Assembly (NCBI GenBank): GCA_963796105.1
Contig: CAWCKJ010000010.1
Span: 64,001-128,000 of the forward strand
Reading direction: 5' to 3'
Source of the DNA: a candidate division FCPU426 bacterium
GTDB taxonomy: Bacteria > Oederibacteriota > Muellerivitia > Muellerivitales > Muellerivitaceae
Length of the DNA: 64,000 nt
How positions within the stretch are numbered: position 1 is the stretch's first letter; every line of letters begins with the position of its first letter. The translations under genes were made by a program, and so were the position numbers. Below the pieces are notes generated by a model, which did no database searches, was not told where the DNA came from, and worked only from the letters and a program-made list of their open reading frames with translations. Below, one piece after another: positions 22,036 through 32,518 of this stretch.

Positions 22036-22903
22036 TCGTTTACTCAAAAAGACCCCTAAGGACAGTTTAAGACAATTGGTTTTCATTTTTGGATGTCCTA
22101 TAAAACATTCGCTATCGCCTTTGATGCATAACGCCGCTTTTGACCAATTAGGTCTTCCTTGGGTTTATATTCCATTGGAAATCTCAGCGGACCAATTGGG
22201 TGGCGCGGTCGGAATTCTTCGGTCATTCAACGCGAAAGGGGCCAATGTCACTGTGCCTTATAAAGAAGCGGTGATACCTTGGCTTGATTATATTGAGCCG
22301 GAAGCGAGATGGATGAAGTCAGTCAATACGATTTACCGCGTGGGTAATAAACTATGCGGAGAATCTACTGACGGCGAAGGTTTCTTAAGGTCGCTTGGGC
22401 CTTGGAGGCGAAAGTTGAAAAGATCAACAGGGCTTCTTTTAGGGGCTGGCGGAGCCGGGAAGGCAATATCGGGTGCGTTGTCTCAATCGGAAGTTAAAAG
22501 ATATTATATATTTGACCAATCGGAAGAAAAAACGAGTGCTCTTGTGAAATTGGTTCAAAAACGCAATAAGAGAATTGAGGTTGACGGAGTGTCCCGGCAA
22601 AACGCGGAGAAAGTTGTCTCTGATTGCGATTGGGTTATTCAAGCTACTTCTGCGGGGTTGAAAAAAGGGGATCCGTCTCCTTTGTCGCTAAAATTTGCAC
22701 GGCCCACCACTTGGGTAGTGGACTTAATTTATCATCATCCGACTTCCTTTTTGATAGAAGCAAAAGAGAGACATTTAAAATCTTTAAACGGATTAGGAAT
22801 GTTACTAAACCAAGGTGTTTTGTCCTTTCAACGCTGGACTGGCCAGAAGGCTCCCCTGAAATTTATGAAAAGAGCTTTATTGAGAGGATTAATGCTGACC
22901 TGA
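22025..22903 (+). CDS. aroE: Shikimate dehydrogenase
   Basis: HSLSPLMHNAAF, GANVTVPYK, SVNT, TDGEG, GAGGAG, GLGMLLNQG. Confidence 0.93.
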   Translation: MKNNRLLKKTPKDSLRQLVFIFGCPIKHSLSPLMHNAAFDQLGLPWVYIPLEISADQLGGAVGILRSFNAKGANVTVPYKEAVIPWLDYIEPEARWMKSVNTIYRVGNKLCGESTDGEGFLRSLGPWRRKLKRSTGLLLGAGGAGKAISGALSQSEVKRYYIFDQSEEKTSALVKLVQKRNKRIEVDGVSRQNAEKVVSDCDWVIQATSAGLKKGDPSPLSLKFARPTTWVVDLIYHHPTSFLIEAKERHLKSLNGLGMLLNQGVLSFQRWTGQKAPLKFMKRALLRGLMLT

Positions 22904-22922
22904 AGACCATTATGGACAAGCG

Positions 22923-22951
22923 TTGACTTCAATTTTTCCCGATTCTATACT
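22923..22951 (+). promoter_or_regulatory. Sigma70-type promoter of pilB operon
   Basis: TTGACT-N17-TATACT. Confidence 0.65.
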
Positions 22952-23007
22952 TCTTTCATTAGAGTCATTAATCCGAGTAAGAATTTCCTTCCTTTTCGAG
23001 GTAATGA

Positions 23008-24762
23008 ATGCCTGAATCCATGAAAAAGCGCCTGGGCGAAATGCTCGTGGATGAAGGAATCATTACCGAAGAGCAGCTTCAAGAGGCACTTCATGAGCAA
23101 AAGATCAAAGGCGGAAGGCTTGAAAAAATCCTGATAAGCCAAGGTTATGTAACCCAAGAAGTCATCATGGCTTTCGTGGGAACCCAACTGGGCATTCCCC
23201 ACGTTAACTTGAATGAAATTGGCGATATCCCATCTGAAGTGGTTTTTTCCGTCCCGGAATCCATCGCAATCAATCATTGCTTAATTCCTATAGTCAAAAA
23301 AGATAATAAAATTACAGTTGCCATGGCAGATCCTTTGAATGTATTTGCTATTGACGATATAAAAATGACAACTTCTTTTGAGGTGGAACCTGCAATTGCC
23401 AGCGAGACTGAAATAAGAGCGTTGCAGGCTAAATACTTTGGAACTGCCGCATCCGGTGGGGGTGGAGCTGCGGAAGCTGGCGGCGACATGCAAGAAATTA
23501 TTAATTCCATGGGCGCTGACAGTAATTTGGAGGTGATGGAAGAAAAAGATGAGGAAGTTGATATTTCTAAATTGGAAGCTGCCGGTGAGGATGCCCCAGT
23601 TGTCCGTTTAGTCAACCTGATTTTGACTGAGGCGGTAAGGGTGGGAGCAAGCGACATCCACATCGAACCCTATGAGAAGAATTTGCGCTGCAGGTATAGG
23701 ATTGATGGTGTCTTGCATGAGGTGCAATCGCCACCTAGATCATTATCAGCCGCAATTTCTTCACGAATAAAGATCATGTCTTCATTGGATATTGCTGAAA
23801 GGCGCCTTCCGCAGGACGGTAGGATCAAAATAAAAGTTTTGGGAAAAGAGATTGATATAAGAGTTTCAATTTGTCCGATACAATTTGGGGAGAAAATCGT
23901 TATGCGCATATTGGATGCGTCCAATTTAAGCCTAGATTTACCCAAGTTGGGCTTCGAAGATGATGTTCTTCCCAAGTTTGAGAAGGCAATTCTGGAACCC
24001 TATGGTTTAGTATTGGCGACGGGGCCAACAGGGTCAGGTAAATCCACAACTCTTTACTCCGCGCTTCATTACATCAATAATCCGGATGTCAATATCTCAA
24101 CCATTGAGGATCCTGTAGAATACAACCTTCACGGCATTAACCAAGTAAATGCGAAATCTTCAATCGGTCTTACCTTTGCGGCGGGTCTAAGATCGTTTCT
24201 GAGGCAGGATCCCGATATTATTATGGTGGGTGAAATCCGGGATAAAGAAACAGCTGAGATAGCAATTAACGCGGCCTTAACAGGCCACTTGGTGTTTTCA
24301 ACTCTGCATACCAATGATGCGCCTGGCGCTGTCACTCGTATGGGAAATATGGGCGTGGAACCGTTTTTAATAACTTCAACAGTTCATTGCGTTGTTGCGC
24401 AACGTTTGATGCGTAGGATCTGCAAAGATTGTAAAGAGGGTTATGAAGCACCCCCGGAAATATTAGATGAACTCTTGGTAAATTCTGGTTCGACTGAAAC
24501 TACGATGTTGTATCGCGGGGTAGGCTGCTCGACTTGTTCCAATACGGGTTATAAAGGCCGGATGGCCATCCATGAAGTTTTACTATTGAACGAGGATTTT
24601 CGAAAAGGAATTTTGCAACGTAAATCCTCGAATGAATTGAAGAAAATAGCCCGGGAGGGCGGTATGCAAACCCTTCGCGAGTGCGGGGTTAGGAAGGTTT
24701 TGAAGGGTTTGACTACCGTAGAGGAGCTTTTGCGAGTTGCCCATGCGGACGAAGAAGATTAA
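23008..24762 (+). CDS. pilB: Type IV pilus extension ATPase with N-terminal MshEN-like motif
   Basis: RLGEMLVDEGII, ASDIHIEP, GPTGSGKSTT, LRQDPD, TGHLVFSTLHTN, tetracysteine motif. Confidence 0.95.
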   Translation: MPESMKKRLGEMLVDEGIITEEQLQEALHEQKIKGGRLEKILISQGYVTQEVIMAFVGTQLGIPHVNLNEIGDIPSEVVFSVPESIAINHCLIPIVKKDNKITVAMADPLNVFAIDDIKMTTSFEVEPAIASETEIRALQAKYFGTAASGGGGAAEAGGDMQEIINSMGADSNLEVMEEKDEEVDISKLEAAGEDAPVVRLVNLILTEAVRVGASDIHIEPYEKNLRCRYRIDGVLHEVQSPPRSLSAAISSRIKIMSSLDIAERRLPQDGRIKIKVLGKEIDIRVSICPIQFGEKIVMRILDASNLSLDLPKLGFEDDVLPKFEKAILEPYGLVLATGPTGSGKSTTLYSALHYINNPDVNISTIEDPVEYNLHGINQVNAKSSIGLTFAAGLRSFLRQDPDIIMVGEIRDKETAEIAINAALTGHLVFSTLHTNDAPGAVTRMGNMGVEPFLITSTVHCVVAQRLMRRICKDCKEGYEAPPEILDELLVNSGSTETTMLYRGVGCSTCSNTGYKGRMAIHEVLLLNEDFRKGILQRKSSNELKKIAREGGMQTLRECGVRKVLKGLTTVEELLRVAHADEED

Positions 24763-24793
24763 CGCTTGATTTTGAAAGAAGAAAGGTGGTTTT

Positions 24794-25858
24794 ATGGTTA
24801 ATATTGACACGCTTTTGCGTTTAATGTTCGAAAGAAATGCCTCCGACCTCCACATAACTGCTGGTGCCCCTCCGATGTTAAGAGTGGACGGTGTCATCAC
24901 TCCCACTGAATATGAGAAACTCAGGCCCGAGACTACTCAACAATTGATATACAGTATTTTGACGGACGAGCAGAAAGAAAAATTCGAAAAAGATAATGAA
25001 TTGGATGTTTCTTTTGGGGTCGAAGGCGTAGGCCGAGTCAGGATGAATGTTTTCCAACAAAGGGGTGCTGTAGCGGCCGCTCTTAGGAATATACCCACCA
25101 CTATTCGTAATTTTGATGACCTCAAGTTGCCTGCTATTGTTCAAGATATTGTTAAATTGCCCAAAGGCCTGGTATTGGTGACCGGGCCCACGGGTTCTGG
25201 AAAATCGACGACTTTAGCGGCCATGATTGATTGGATTAACTCGAATCGTCAAAGTCATATCATCACCATTGAGGACCCGATTGAGTATGTGCACACGCAT
25301 AAATCTTGTATCGTGAATCAACGGGAAGTCGGAACTGACACGCACACATTTACTTCGGCTTTAAAATATGCATTGCGGGAAGATCCGGATGTGATATTGA
25401 TCGGGGAAATGCGTGACTTGGAAACGATCAATGCGGCCTTGACGATTGCAGAGACGGGACATCTGGTATTTGCGACTCTTCATACAGTGGATGCGATTCA
25501 AACGGTTAATCGCATTATTGATGTGTTCCCCGCATCTCAACAGCAACAGGTTCGGGCGCAAATATCGTTTGTCCTTCAATCTATTTTATCTCAACAGCTG
25601 CTTCCAAAGGCATATGGTTCCGGGCGTGTTGTGGCAATAGAGGTTCTTATACCAACTGCGGCAGTTCGGAATTTGATAAGGGAAGAAAAAATCCATCAAA
25701 TTTATTCTGCTATGCAAACGGGTACGGAATATGGGATGCAAACCATGAACCAAGCCCTATTTGAGCTTTATCAAAAACAACAAGTAAGTTACAACGAAAT
25801 ATTCTCCAGAACTTTGGATCCGAAGGAATTGCAGCGCATGGTAAAAGGTGTCATTTAA
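24794..25858 (+). CDS. pilT: Type IV pilus retraction ATPase
   Basis: ASDLHI, GPTGSGKSTT, ALREDPD, AVRNLIRE, GMQT. Confidence 0.96.
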   Translation: MVNIDTLLRLMFERNASDLHITAGAPPMLRVDGVITPTEYEKLRPETTQQLIYSILTDEQKEKFEKDNELDVSFGVEGVGRVRMNVFQQRGAVAAALRNIPTTIRNFDDLKLPAIVQDIVKLPKGLVLVTGPTGSGKSTTLAAMIDWINSNRQSHIITIEDPIEYVHTHKSCIVNQREVGTDTHTFTSALKYALREDPDVILIGEMRDLETINAALTIAETGHLVFATLHTVDAIQTVNRIIDVFPASQQQQVRAQISFVLQSILSQQLLPKAYGSGRVVAIEVLIPTAAVRNLIREEKIHQIYSAMQTGTEYGMQTMNQALFELYQKQQVSYNEIFSRTLDPKELQRMVKGVI

Positions 25859-25884
25859 TAAAATAAAAGAAAAAGGTTAATCCC

Positions 25885-27099
25885 ATGCCTCTCTTTAAAT
25901 TCAAAGCTCGGAACAATTTAGGGAAGGTAACTGAGGGCACTCAGGAAGCCGAAAATGAAGCGGCTGTTGGGGCTCTATTGCGCCAGAGGCGATTAGAGGT
26001 TATTTCTGTTTCGCCCGCGAGTAGTTTTGGGGCCATTTTTGCTTCAATGCTTAAAAAAGGTGGAAATGTCAAAACCATTGACATTGTGGTATTCAGTCGA
26101 CAATTCTCGACCATGATTAACGCCGGCCTTCCTATTTTGCAGGGGTTGACGATAGTAGCGGAACAAGCCGAGAATCCCAGTTTTCGTGTCATCATGACTA
26201 AAGTCAGGGATGATATTTCTAATGGCGTCCCACTGTCAGAAGCTATGGCAAAACACCCGAAAGTTTTTTCTGCTCTTTACGTTAATATGGTTAAGGCTGG
26301 GGAACAAGGCGGTATTTTGGACGTTATTTTTGAAAGGTTGTCGGAGTATTTGGAAAAATCAGAGGGAGTAAGCCGAAAAATTAAATCCGCCATGATGTAT
26401 CCCGCAGTTGTTTTTTCTGTTGCGATTTTGGTTGTGATATTTTTGATGGTAAAGGTAATTCCGACTTTCGAAACAGTATTTGCGGGTTTTGGCGCTAAGT
26501 TACCAGCTCCGACATTGGTTGTTATTGCTATCAGTCATTTTTTAACGAGCAAAAAAGCAGTTTTTATTTTGATTTTTGGAGTCGCTTTTTATGTTGCGTT
26601 ACAATTATACAGAAAGACAAAAACAGGTGCGTATAATTGGGACAAAATGATGATGAGTTTACCTGTCCTTGGTGTTTTATTACGGAAGGGTGCAGTCGCT
26701 AAATTCGCTCGAACTTTGGGTACTTTGATAAAATCCGGGGTCCCAATTATGGATGGACTTGAAACAGTCGCCAAGACTTCGGGAAATTTAGTATTGGAAA
26801 GAGCGATATTCCACGCAAGAGATTCTGTGAAAGAAGGAAAAACCTTAACTCAACCACTAAAAGATAGTAATGTGTTTCCACCCATGGTGACACAAATGAT
26901 CAATGTTGGGGAAGAAACAGGATCGCTAGATACCATGTTATCAAAAGTGGCTGATTTCTATGAAGATGAGGTGGATGCGGCGGTGGAAGGATTAACATCT
27001 ATTATCGAGCCGATTTTAATTGTTTTTTTAGGGGTTACCCTTGGATTTATAGTGGTGGCCATGTTTATGCCAATATTTATGTTGGGAAGTATCGTTTAA
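25885..27099 (+). CDS. pilC: Type IV pilus platform protein
   Basis: FSRQFSTMINAG, GEQGG.L, GEETGSL, IEP motifs. Confidence 0.95.
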   Translation: MPLFKFKARNNLGKVTEGTQEAENEAAVGALLRQRRLEVISVSPASSFGAIFASMLKKGGNVKTIDIVVFSRQFSTMINAGLPILQGLTIVAEQAENPSFRVIMTKVRDDISNGVPLSEAMAKHPKVFSALYVNMVKAGEQGGILDVIFERLSEYLEKSEGVSRKIKSAMMYPAVVFSVAILVVIFLMVKVIPTFETVFAGFGAKLPAPTLVVIAISHFLTSKKAVFILIFGVAFYVALQLYRKTKTGAYNWDKMMMSLPVLGVLLRKGAVAKFARTLGTLIKSGVPIMDGLETVAKTSGNLVLERAIFHARDSVKEGKTLTQPLKDSNVFPPMVTQMINVGEETGSLDTMLSKVADFYEDEVDAAVEGLTSIIEPILIVFLGVTLGFIVVAMFMPIFMLGSIV

Positions 27100-27302
27100 C
27101 AAAATTGTGTATTATATAAAAATATTTCGATTGTTTTCCATAAAGGGGGAATATATTAAGCAGCTAGTGGATGTTTTTTGGGCGGAGTTTTAAACTCGCA
27201 GAACTTCATACTAAACATTTACGCAAAACAAAGTTAAACAGGAGCCGTATTTTATAATAGGTTTTAAAATAAAATTCTAAGTTTTGCGATGAGGATGAAA
27301 TC

Positions 27303-28403
27303 ATGAGTTTTTTTTCAAAAGGTGTTGTTGGTTTAGACATCGGAACTTCAAGTGTTAAGGTTGTTCAATTAAAACAAAATGCTGGCCAGTGGCGACTAGT
27401 TTCTATGGGAATTTCCGAATTGCCGAAGGAAGTGCAGGAAAATGCCAATCAGGGAGCTTCGAAAAACATAATAATCGACTCCATAAAAAAACTCTTTAAA
27501 GAGAGCGGCATAAGTACAAAAAAAGTGGTGACTGCTTTATCGGGTGATTCGGTCATAATTCGCTATGTAAAACTACCTTTTATGACTAATGAGGAATTGA
27601 AGGCGGCGATTCCGAGGGAAGCGGAACAATATATCCCGCTAAACTTGGATCAGGTTGTTCTTGATTTTCAGATTTTGGGTGAAACCCAGGAAGATGGACA
27701 AAAAAAATTAGACGTATTATTAGTTGCCGCGAAGGTTGATGTGGTTGATCAACATTTATCCCTTTTGAAATCAATTGGGTTGACGCCTTCTATTATTGAT
27801 GTGGATGCGTTTGCTTTGGAAAATGCATATGAAATAAATCGAACTGAGCAGGGAGAAGAGACAATCGCTTTAATTAATCTAGGCGCATCTTTGACGACCA
27901 TCAATATACTTGAGGGAAAAAATACCAGGTTTACACGTGATATTCCAGTTGCCGGAAATGATTTTACCAAAGAAATTCAAAAGGAGTTTAATTTAAAGTT
28001 TTCTGAAGCTGAAGAGCTAAAAAAGTCGCATGGCGCAATTTCCATGGAGGAAGATGATTTTAATTTATCTGCAATTACTCAAAAAGATGATCGGGTTTTG
28101 AGAATGTCAGATGTAATGACTCCGGTGTTAAACAAACTTTTGGGCGAAATTCGACGTTCATTTGATTATTACGAAACACAATCCCGGAAGAAAACAGTTG
28201 AGCGGGTTATCCTTTTAGGGGGGAGCGCGAAATTAAAAAATGTGAATAGGTTTTTAGCGAGCAAGTTAGGCATCCCAGTAGAGAATTTCTCCGCTTTTAG
28301 GAACATCGAGGTTGGTAAAAACATTGACTCGGAACAACTATCTGAAAAAGAGGTTTATATGGGGGTCTGTTTGGGCTTAGCACTTCGGCAAACGGAATCT
28401 TAA
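27303..28403 (+). CDS. pilM: Type IV pilus alignment protein PilM
   Basis: GLDIGTSSVK, EAEQYIP, IDVDAFAL, GLALR. Confidence 0.94.
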   Translation: MSFFSKGVVGLDIGTSSVKVVQLKQNAGQWRLVSMGISELPKEVQENANQGASKNIIIDSIKKLFKESGISTKKVVTALSGDSVIIRYVKLPFMTNEELKAAIPREAEQYIPLNLDQVVLDFQILGETQEDGQKKLDVLLVAAKVDVVDQHLSLLKSIGLTPSIIDVDAFALENAYEINRTEQGEETIALINLGASLTTINILEGKNTRFTRDIPVAGNDFTKEIQKEFNLKFSEAEELKKSHGAISMEEDDFNLSAITQKDDRVLRMSDVMTPVLNKLLGEIRRSFDYYETQSRKKTVERVILLGGSAKLKNVNRFLASKLGIPVENFSAFRNIEVGKNIDSEQLSEKEVYMGVCLGLALRQTES

Positions 28404-28406
28404 TAC

Positions 28407-28961
28407 ATGATAAGAATAAATCTAATACCGGTTAAGGAAAAGAAGAAACGTAGAGAATTATTCATTGTTTTCTGCGTTGTGATTGTATTGGTTTTGATAG
28501 CTTTTGGTATGGCTTGGGTTTATGGTTCGCGTATGAGCGAGAAAAATAATCTCAATAAAAAGATTAAACAAGTTGAGGATGAATCGAAGGAATATGAGGA
28601 AAAAATAAACGAAGAGAAAGACCTCGAGGCCAAAGAAGCCAGTTTGGAAACATTTAAAAAGACTGTAAAAGGAGTGACGGATACACAAAGAAAAGTTCTG
28701 GTTGCCATGGATCAATTAGCTTTAAACCTTCCGGAAGGGGTTTGGCTTACTAAGGTGAGTCAAGGTCGTGATAAAGATAGTGATTTATACACTGTCGAGG
28801 GGTATTCTTATTCTGCGCACGACTTGCAAATTTACTTGAATTCCCTCCGAAAACCAGGCGGGATGTTCAAAGATGTTCAGCTTATAACCACAGATAATAT
28901 TTTATCTCTCGCTGGTAATAAATTCAAAATAACTACAAGAGTTATGGATACCAACTCATGA
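28407..28961 (+). CDS. pilN: PilN
   Basis: MIRINLIP, TM, coiled coil, LPEGVWL. Confidence 0.9.
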   Translation: MIRINLIPVKEKKKRRELFIVFCVVIVLVLIAFGMAWVYGSRMSEKNNLNKKIKQVEDESKEYEEKINEEKDLEAKEASLETFKKTVKGVTDTQRKVLVAMDQLALNLPEGVWLTKVSQGRDKDSDLYTVEGYSYSAHDLQIYLNSLRKPGGMFKDVQLITTDNILSLAGNKFKITTRVMDTNS

Positions 28962-29503
28962 AAATCACTCCTTTACAGCAATATATAATATTGGGTGTAG
29001 TGTTTTTCGCTGGGTTAGTATTTTTGTATTATCAATTTCTTCTAAAACCTTTGAATTCAGATATCGTGAATTTAAGAACAACTTTGGAACAAAAACAAAA
29101 AGATTTAGAAGAAGCTAAGAAAATCGTGGCTAAATATGTTGAGTTTAAAAAGCGCGCGGATTCTGTTCAAAGAGAATTGGAATACATTCAAAATAGAATC
29201 CCGAAAACAATTGACAGGGCGAAATTGATGGAGATGGTAAATTTAATCCAAGACAGGACAAGAATTGTGTTAACTAATTTTTCTTTTTCAGGAAGTCCAA
29301 CATCGAAAGATTCTTGGGTGGAAATTCCAATAAAGTTATCATTCAATTCGAGTTTTAAAGGATTATTGGAATTTTTATATCAAATTAACATTTCGAATTT
29401 ACTTATGATAGTTAGGGATGTGAATATTTCCTCGCAGCTAGATCCGCTTGGAATTTATACTTTAAAAGCGGATTTGATATTAAACGGGATTCAAGCGAAA
29501 TGA
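28958..29503 (+). CDS. pilO: PilO
   Basis: TM plus coiled coil, EIPI.L...SF..LL.FL; position in operon. Confidence 0.88.
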   Translation: MKITPLQQYIILGVVFFAGLVFLYYQFLLKPLNSDIVNLRTTLEQKQKDLEEAKKIVAKYVEFKKRADSVQRELEYIQNRIPKTIDRAKLMEMVNLIQDRTRIVLTNFSFSGSPTSKDSWVEIPIKLSFNSSFKGLLEFLYQINISNLLMIVRDVNISSQLDPLGIYTLKADLILNGIQAK

Positions 29504-29958
29504 AAATTCAAACAAAATCGAATAAAAAGATTCTTTTATTCGCCATTTTTGGAATAGGTATAACCGCGCAATATTCCGCCTTGTGCCAGCAACAAGACGT
29601 CCCGGAACCGGTTTTCATGAATTTTTCTATTCAATCTCCTTATATTCCGACTTATCATGGTCGAGATCCCTTTTACCCATTGCAACCCTATTCGTATGAT
29701 ATTTCTAAAAAAGTATCAATCGCCGATTTGGATTATCGGGGGATATTAAGTTTAGGTGACAAGGATATGGCTTTATTCTCTTGGAAGCACGATGGCAATT
29801 ACAGATTCTTATTAAAATCCAGAAAATTGTATTGTAGTTCAAACAGTACAAAAAGTTCAAACGAACAGGTTGTTGATGGTATTGTGGGGGACATTACTGG
29901 CACCGAAGTTGTTTTAATACAGGGCGAGCAAAAGATTGTTTTTTCCAGAAGAAAATAA
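29500..29958 (+). CDS. pilP: PilP-like protein
   Basis: Signal-like N-terminus, GRDPF motif, between pilO and pilQ. Confidence 0.65.
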   Translation: MKIQTKSNKKILLFAIFGIGITAQYSALCQQQDVPEPVFMNFSIQSPYIPTYHGRDPFYPLQPYSYDISKKVSIADLDYRGILSLGDKDMALFSWKHDGNYRFLLKSRKLYCSSNSTKSSNEQVVDGIVGDITGTEVVLIQGEQKIVFSRRK

Positions 29959-29971
29959 AGGAGTTTTATTA

Positions 29972-32371
29972 ATGCCAAGAAAACGCAAGAAAACGGGAAC
30001 GATTTTATTTTTTGCTTTGATGTTCCTCATGCCGTGTTTTCTTTTGTGGGCAGGTGATGCCATAGAAATTGATTTAAGTAATGAATCTTCAACATCGAAA
30101 CCCACTCCAACGCAGGTTGCGGTCAACAAAATTCCTCCAAACCAAACTAAAACAAATCTTAAAAACACGGAAAGCCAATTAACAGCGGTTTCTGCGCGCA
30201 ATAAAACAAAATCAATTATAAACAAAGTTGAAATTAAGGCGGAGGGAGAACAGACCACTCTTCTTATAAAAGGAGAAGGTCTTGTCAATAAACCCGAGGT
30301 GAAAATTATTTCTAAAACCAAAATATTGGTAACTTTTGCGAATGCGAAACTACATTTACCCAAAAAAATCACCGAGAATAAAAATCGCATAAAAACAATA
30401 AGATCTGATGCTCACGGGAAATCAGCATGGATTGTTATTGACGCCAATGGGATTAAATCCGCGACTGCAGAAAAATCCGATGATGGGTTTGCGGTTATTT
30501 TGAACGCGGGAAGTAATACTGAAATGGACGGAAAGCTTTTGGGAAAATCCGGGTTGAACAACGAATCCACCCCAACCGCACCTTCTTTGGAAAAAAGAAT
30601 ATTCTCCCGTTTGACGGATTTTTCGATAAAGCCGAGCGATAAAGGGATAAAAGTTGTATTGACTTCCGACGGCCCGGCCAAATACAACATTAGAAAAATT
30701 GGCCAACCCGAAAGATTGGTTGTATGGTTCCACAATACGAAACTAGATGTTTCTGCAAAAGAGAAAATATATAAAAACGATGATTTGGAATTGAAAAAAG
30801 GGGGATTAATTTCGATCGCGTTGCGGCAAATAGGGAAAGGGTTTTCGCCCATATCAGACGTTACTTTAATGTTGATTCCCGGAACAGTCTACAAAGTCGA
30901 TCGAGATTTAAATCAAGTAGTCATTTCCTTGACTTCGCCCCCTCCTTCTGAAAAATCAAGTGAAACTGAAAAAAACGCAGAAAGAAAAGGGAACTTAAAC
31001 CAATTGGTTTCTATGGATATTGAATCGGCAGATTTATCCACTGTTTTAAAAAATATAGCTATTGAGTCTGGCTTCAGTAATGTCGATTTTGTGGGAGGCG
31101 CGATATTTGGTGTTGTAAACGAGAAGTTTAAGGATGTCCCTTTGAAAACCGCTCTGGCTATTTTATTGACGCCGGGAAATTATGATTATGAAGTTCAAGG
31201 CAATACGTTGAGAGTAGGGCCGATAGCATCTCTGAGGGCTACTAAGAGTATCATGCCACATGTAACGGAAATCTTAAGTCCCTCCGGGGGGATGAATCTC
31301 GGGCAGTTTGATAGCTTGGTAAAATCCATTCTAAAGCCAACCAACGCAATCCAAACCAGCCCTGACTCAGTCCGCAATGTATTGGTTTTAAATGGAACGG
31401 TTTCTGATATTGAAGAATACAAGCGAGCCATAAAGGATTTAAAACTCGATGAAAACACATCCGGTGATAGAATCACGCGAGTTGTAAAATTGAATTATGC
31501 TGATCCAACGCAAATGATACTTATTTTAAGCGCTTATTTGACTCCTGTGGGCAAAGTGCAGCAAGATCCGCGGACAAACGATCTGGTGATATGGGAAGTC
31601 GCAAGCAATATGGGGGTGCTTTTAGAGTTGATCAAGGAAATTGATGTTAAATCGCCTCAAGTGTTACTCGAAACAAACATGGTAGAAGTTCAAGATGAAA
31701 AAGATTTAAATCTTGGAGTTGATTTAGCTTTAACAAGACAAGTTGGCGATCCGCAAATAAATGCGAATTACGTTAACCCGGCAACTAATAATCCTGGATT
31801 TTTCGGGATCCAAACGCTTCGAAGCGGTATTAATCTCAGTGCTCAATTGTCGGCTGCGGAAGCCAGGAAAAAAGCGAAAATCATCTCAAGGCCCAGAGTT
31901 GCCACGGCCAACGGAGTCGCCGCGGAGATTGACACTGTCGAGAATGTCGTCATTGAAAATACTACACAAACCATCAACCAAAATGTCATAACTTATCAAA
32001 CTAATTTTACACAATTGCCGTTGCCGATAAATTTAAAGGTAACACCTCGAATCACGGACGATGGAAGAATAACCACCAATATGGCTGTGACAGTAACTTC
32101 TCAAACAGGACCAGTCGTGGTTGCTCCTCAAACTGGGGCTCAGGGACCCCCGCCAACAAGCGTTCAGGACACCAATACTACGATTACAACAAAAAATGGC
32201 GAAACTATTGTTATCGGTGGTCTTGTGCGTTACACGGTTCAGGATTCCATGAGTGGAATTCCTCTTTTATCAAGCTTGCCAATTATTGGCACTCTCTTCC
32301 AGAATAGGACTTATACCAATCAGAAAGTTGAATTGGTGATATTTATTACTCCCACCTTGCTGGAAGATTAA
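29972..32371 (+). CDS. pilQ: Type IV pilus secretin with AMIN-like N-terminal domains
   Basis: PQVLLE, L.VTPRI, NGETIVIGGL, GIPLLSSLPIIGTLF, ELVIFITP; AAGGAG RBS. Confidence 0.92.
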   Translation: MPRKRKKTGTILFFALMFLMPCFLLWAGDAIEIDLSNESSTSKPTPTQVAVNKIPPNQTKTNLKNTESQLTAVSARNKTKSIINKVEIKAEGEQTTLLIKGEGLVNKPEVKIISKTKILVTFANAKLHLPKKITENKNRIKTIRSDAHGKSAWIVIDANGIKSATAEKSDDGFAVILNAGSNTEMDGKLLGKSGLNNESTPTAPSLEKRIFSRLTDFSIKPSDKGIKVVLTSDGPAKYNIRKIGQPERLVVWFHNTKLDVSAKEKIYKNDDLELKKGGLISIALRQIGKGFSPISDVTLMLIPGTVYKVDRDLNQVVISLTSPPPSEKSSETEKNAERKGNLNQLVSMDIESADLSTVLKNIAIESGFSNVDFVGGAIFGVVNEKFKDVPLKTALAILLTPGNYDYEVQGNTLRVGPIASLRATKSIMPHVTEILSPSGGMNLGQFDSLVKSILKPTNAIQTSPDSVRNVLVLNGTVSDIEEYKRAIKDLKLDENTSGDRITRVVKLNYADPTQMILILSAYLTPVGKVQQDPRTNDLVIWEVASNMGVLLELIKEIDVKSPQVLLETNMVEVQDEKDLNLGVDLALTRQVGDPQINANYVNPATNNPGFFGIQTLRSGINLSAQLSAAEARKKAKIISRPRVATANGVAAEIDTVENVVIENTTQTINQNVITYQTNFTQLPLPINLKVTPRITDDGRITTNMAVTVTSQTGPVVVAPQTGAQGPPPTSVQDTNTTITTKNGETIVIGGLVRYTVQDSMSGIPLLSSLPIIGTLFQNRTYTNQKVELVIFITPTLLED

Positions 32372-32518
32372 TTTTATCCTTGTTTGTAAATTGATAAGCG
32401 TCTTTATAATAAAGACGCTTATTTTTTTGCAGGATTTGTGATTCAAACCTTAATTAGAAAACCTATACACACAATTCATTAGGATTAACTTGTAGCCCGA
32501 TAATCTTTTAAAAAGGAT

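Noticed and set aside
27203..27229. dif-like site in the pilC-pilM intergenic region
   Set aside because: Only loose similarity, 5-bp spacer and a poor XerD arm
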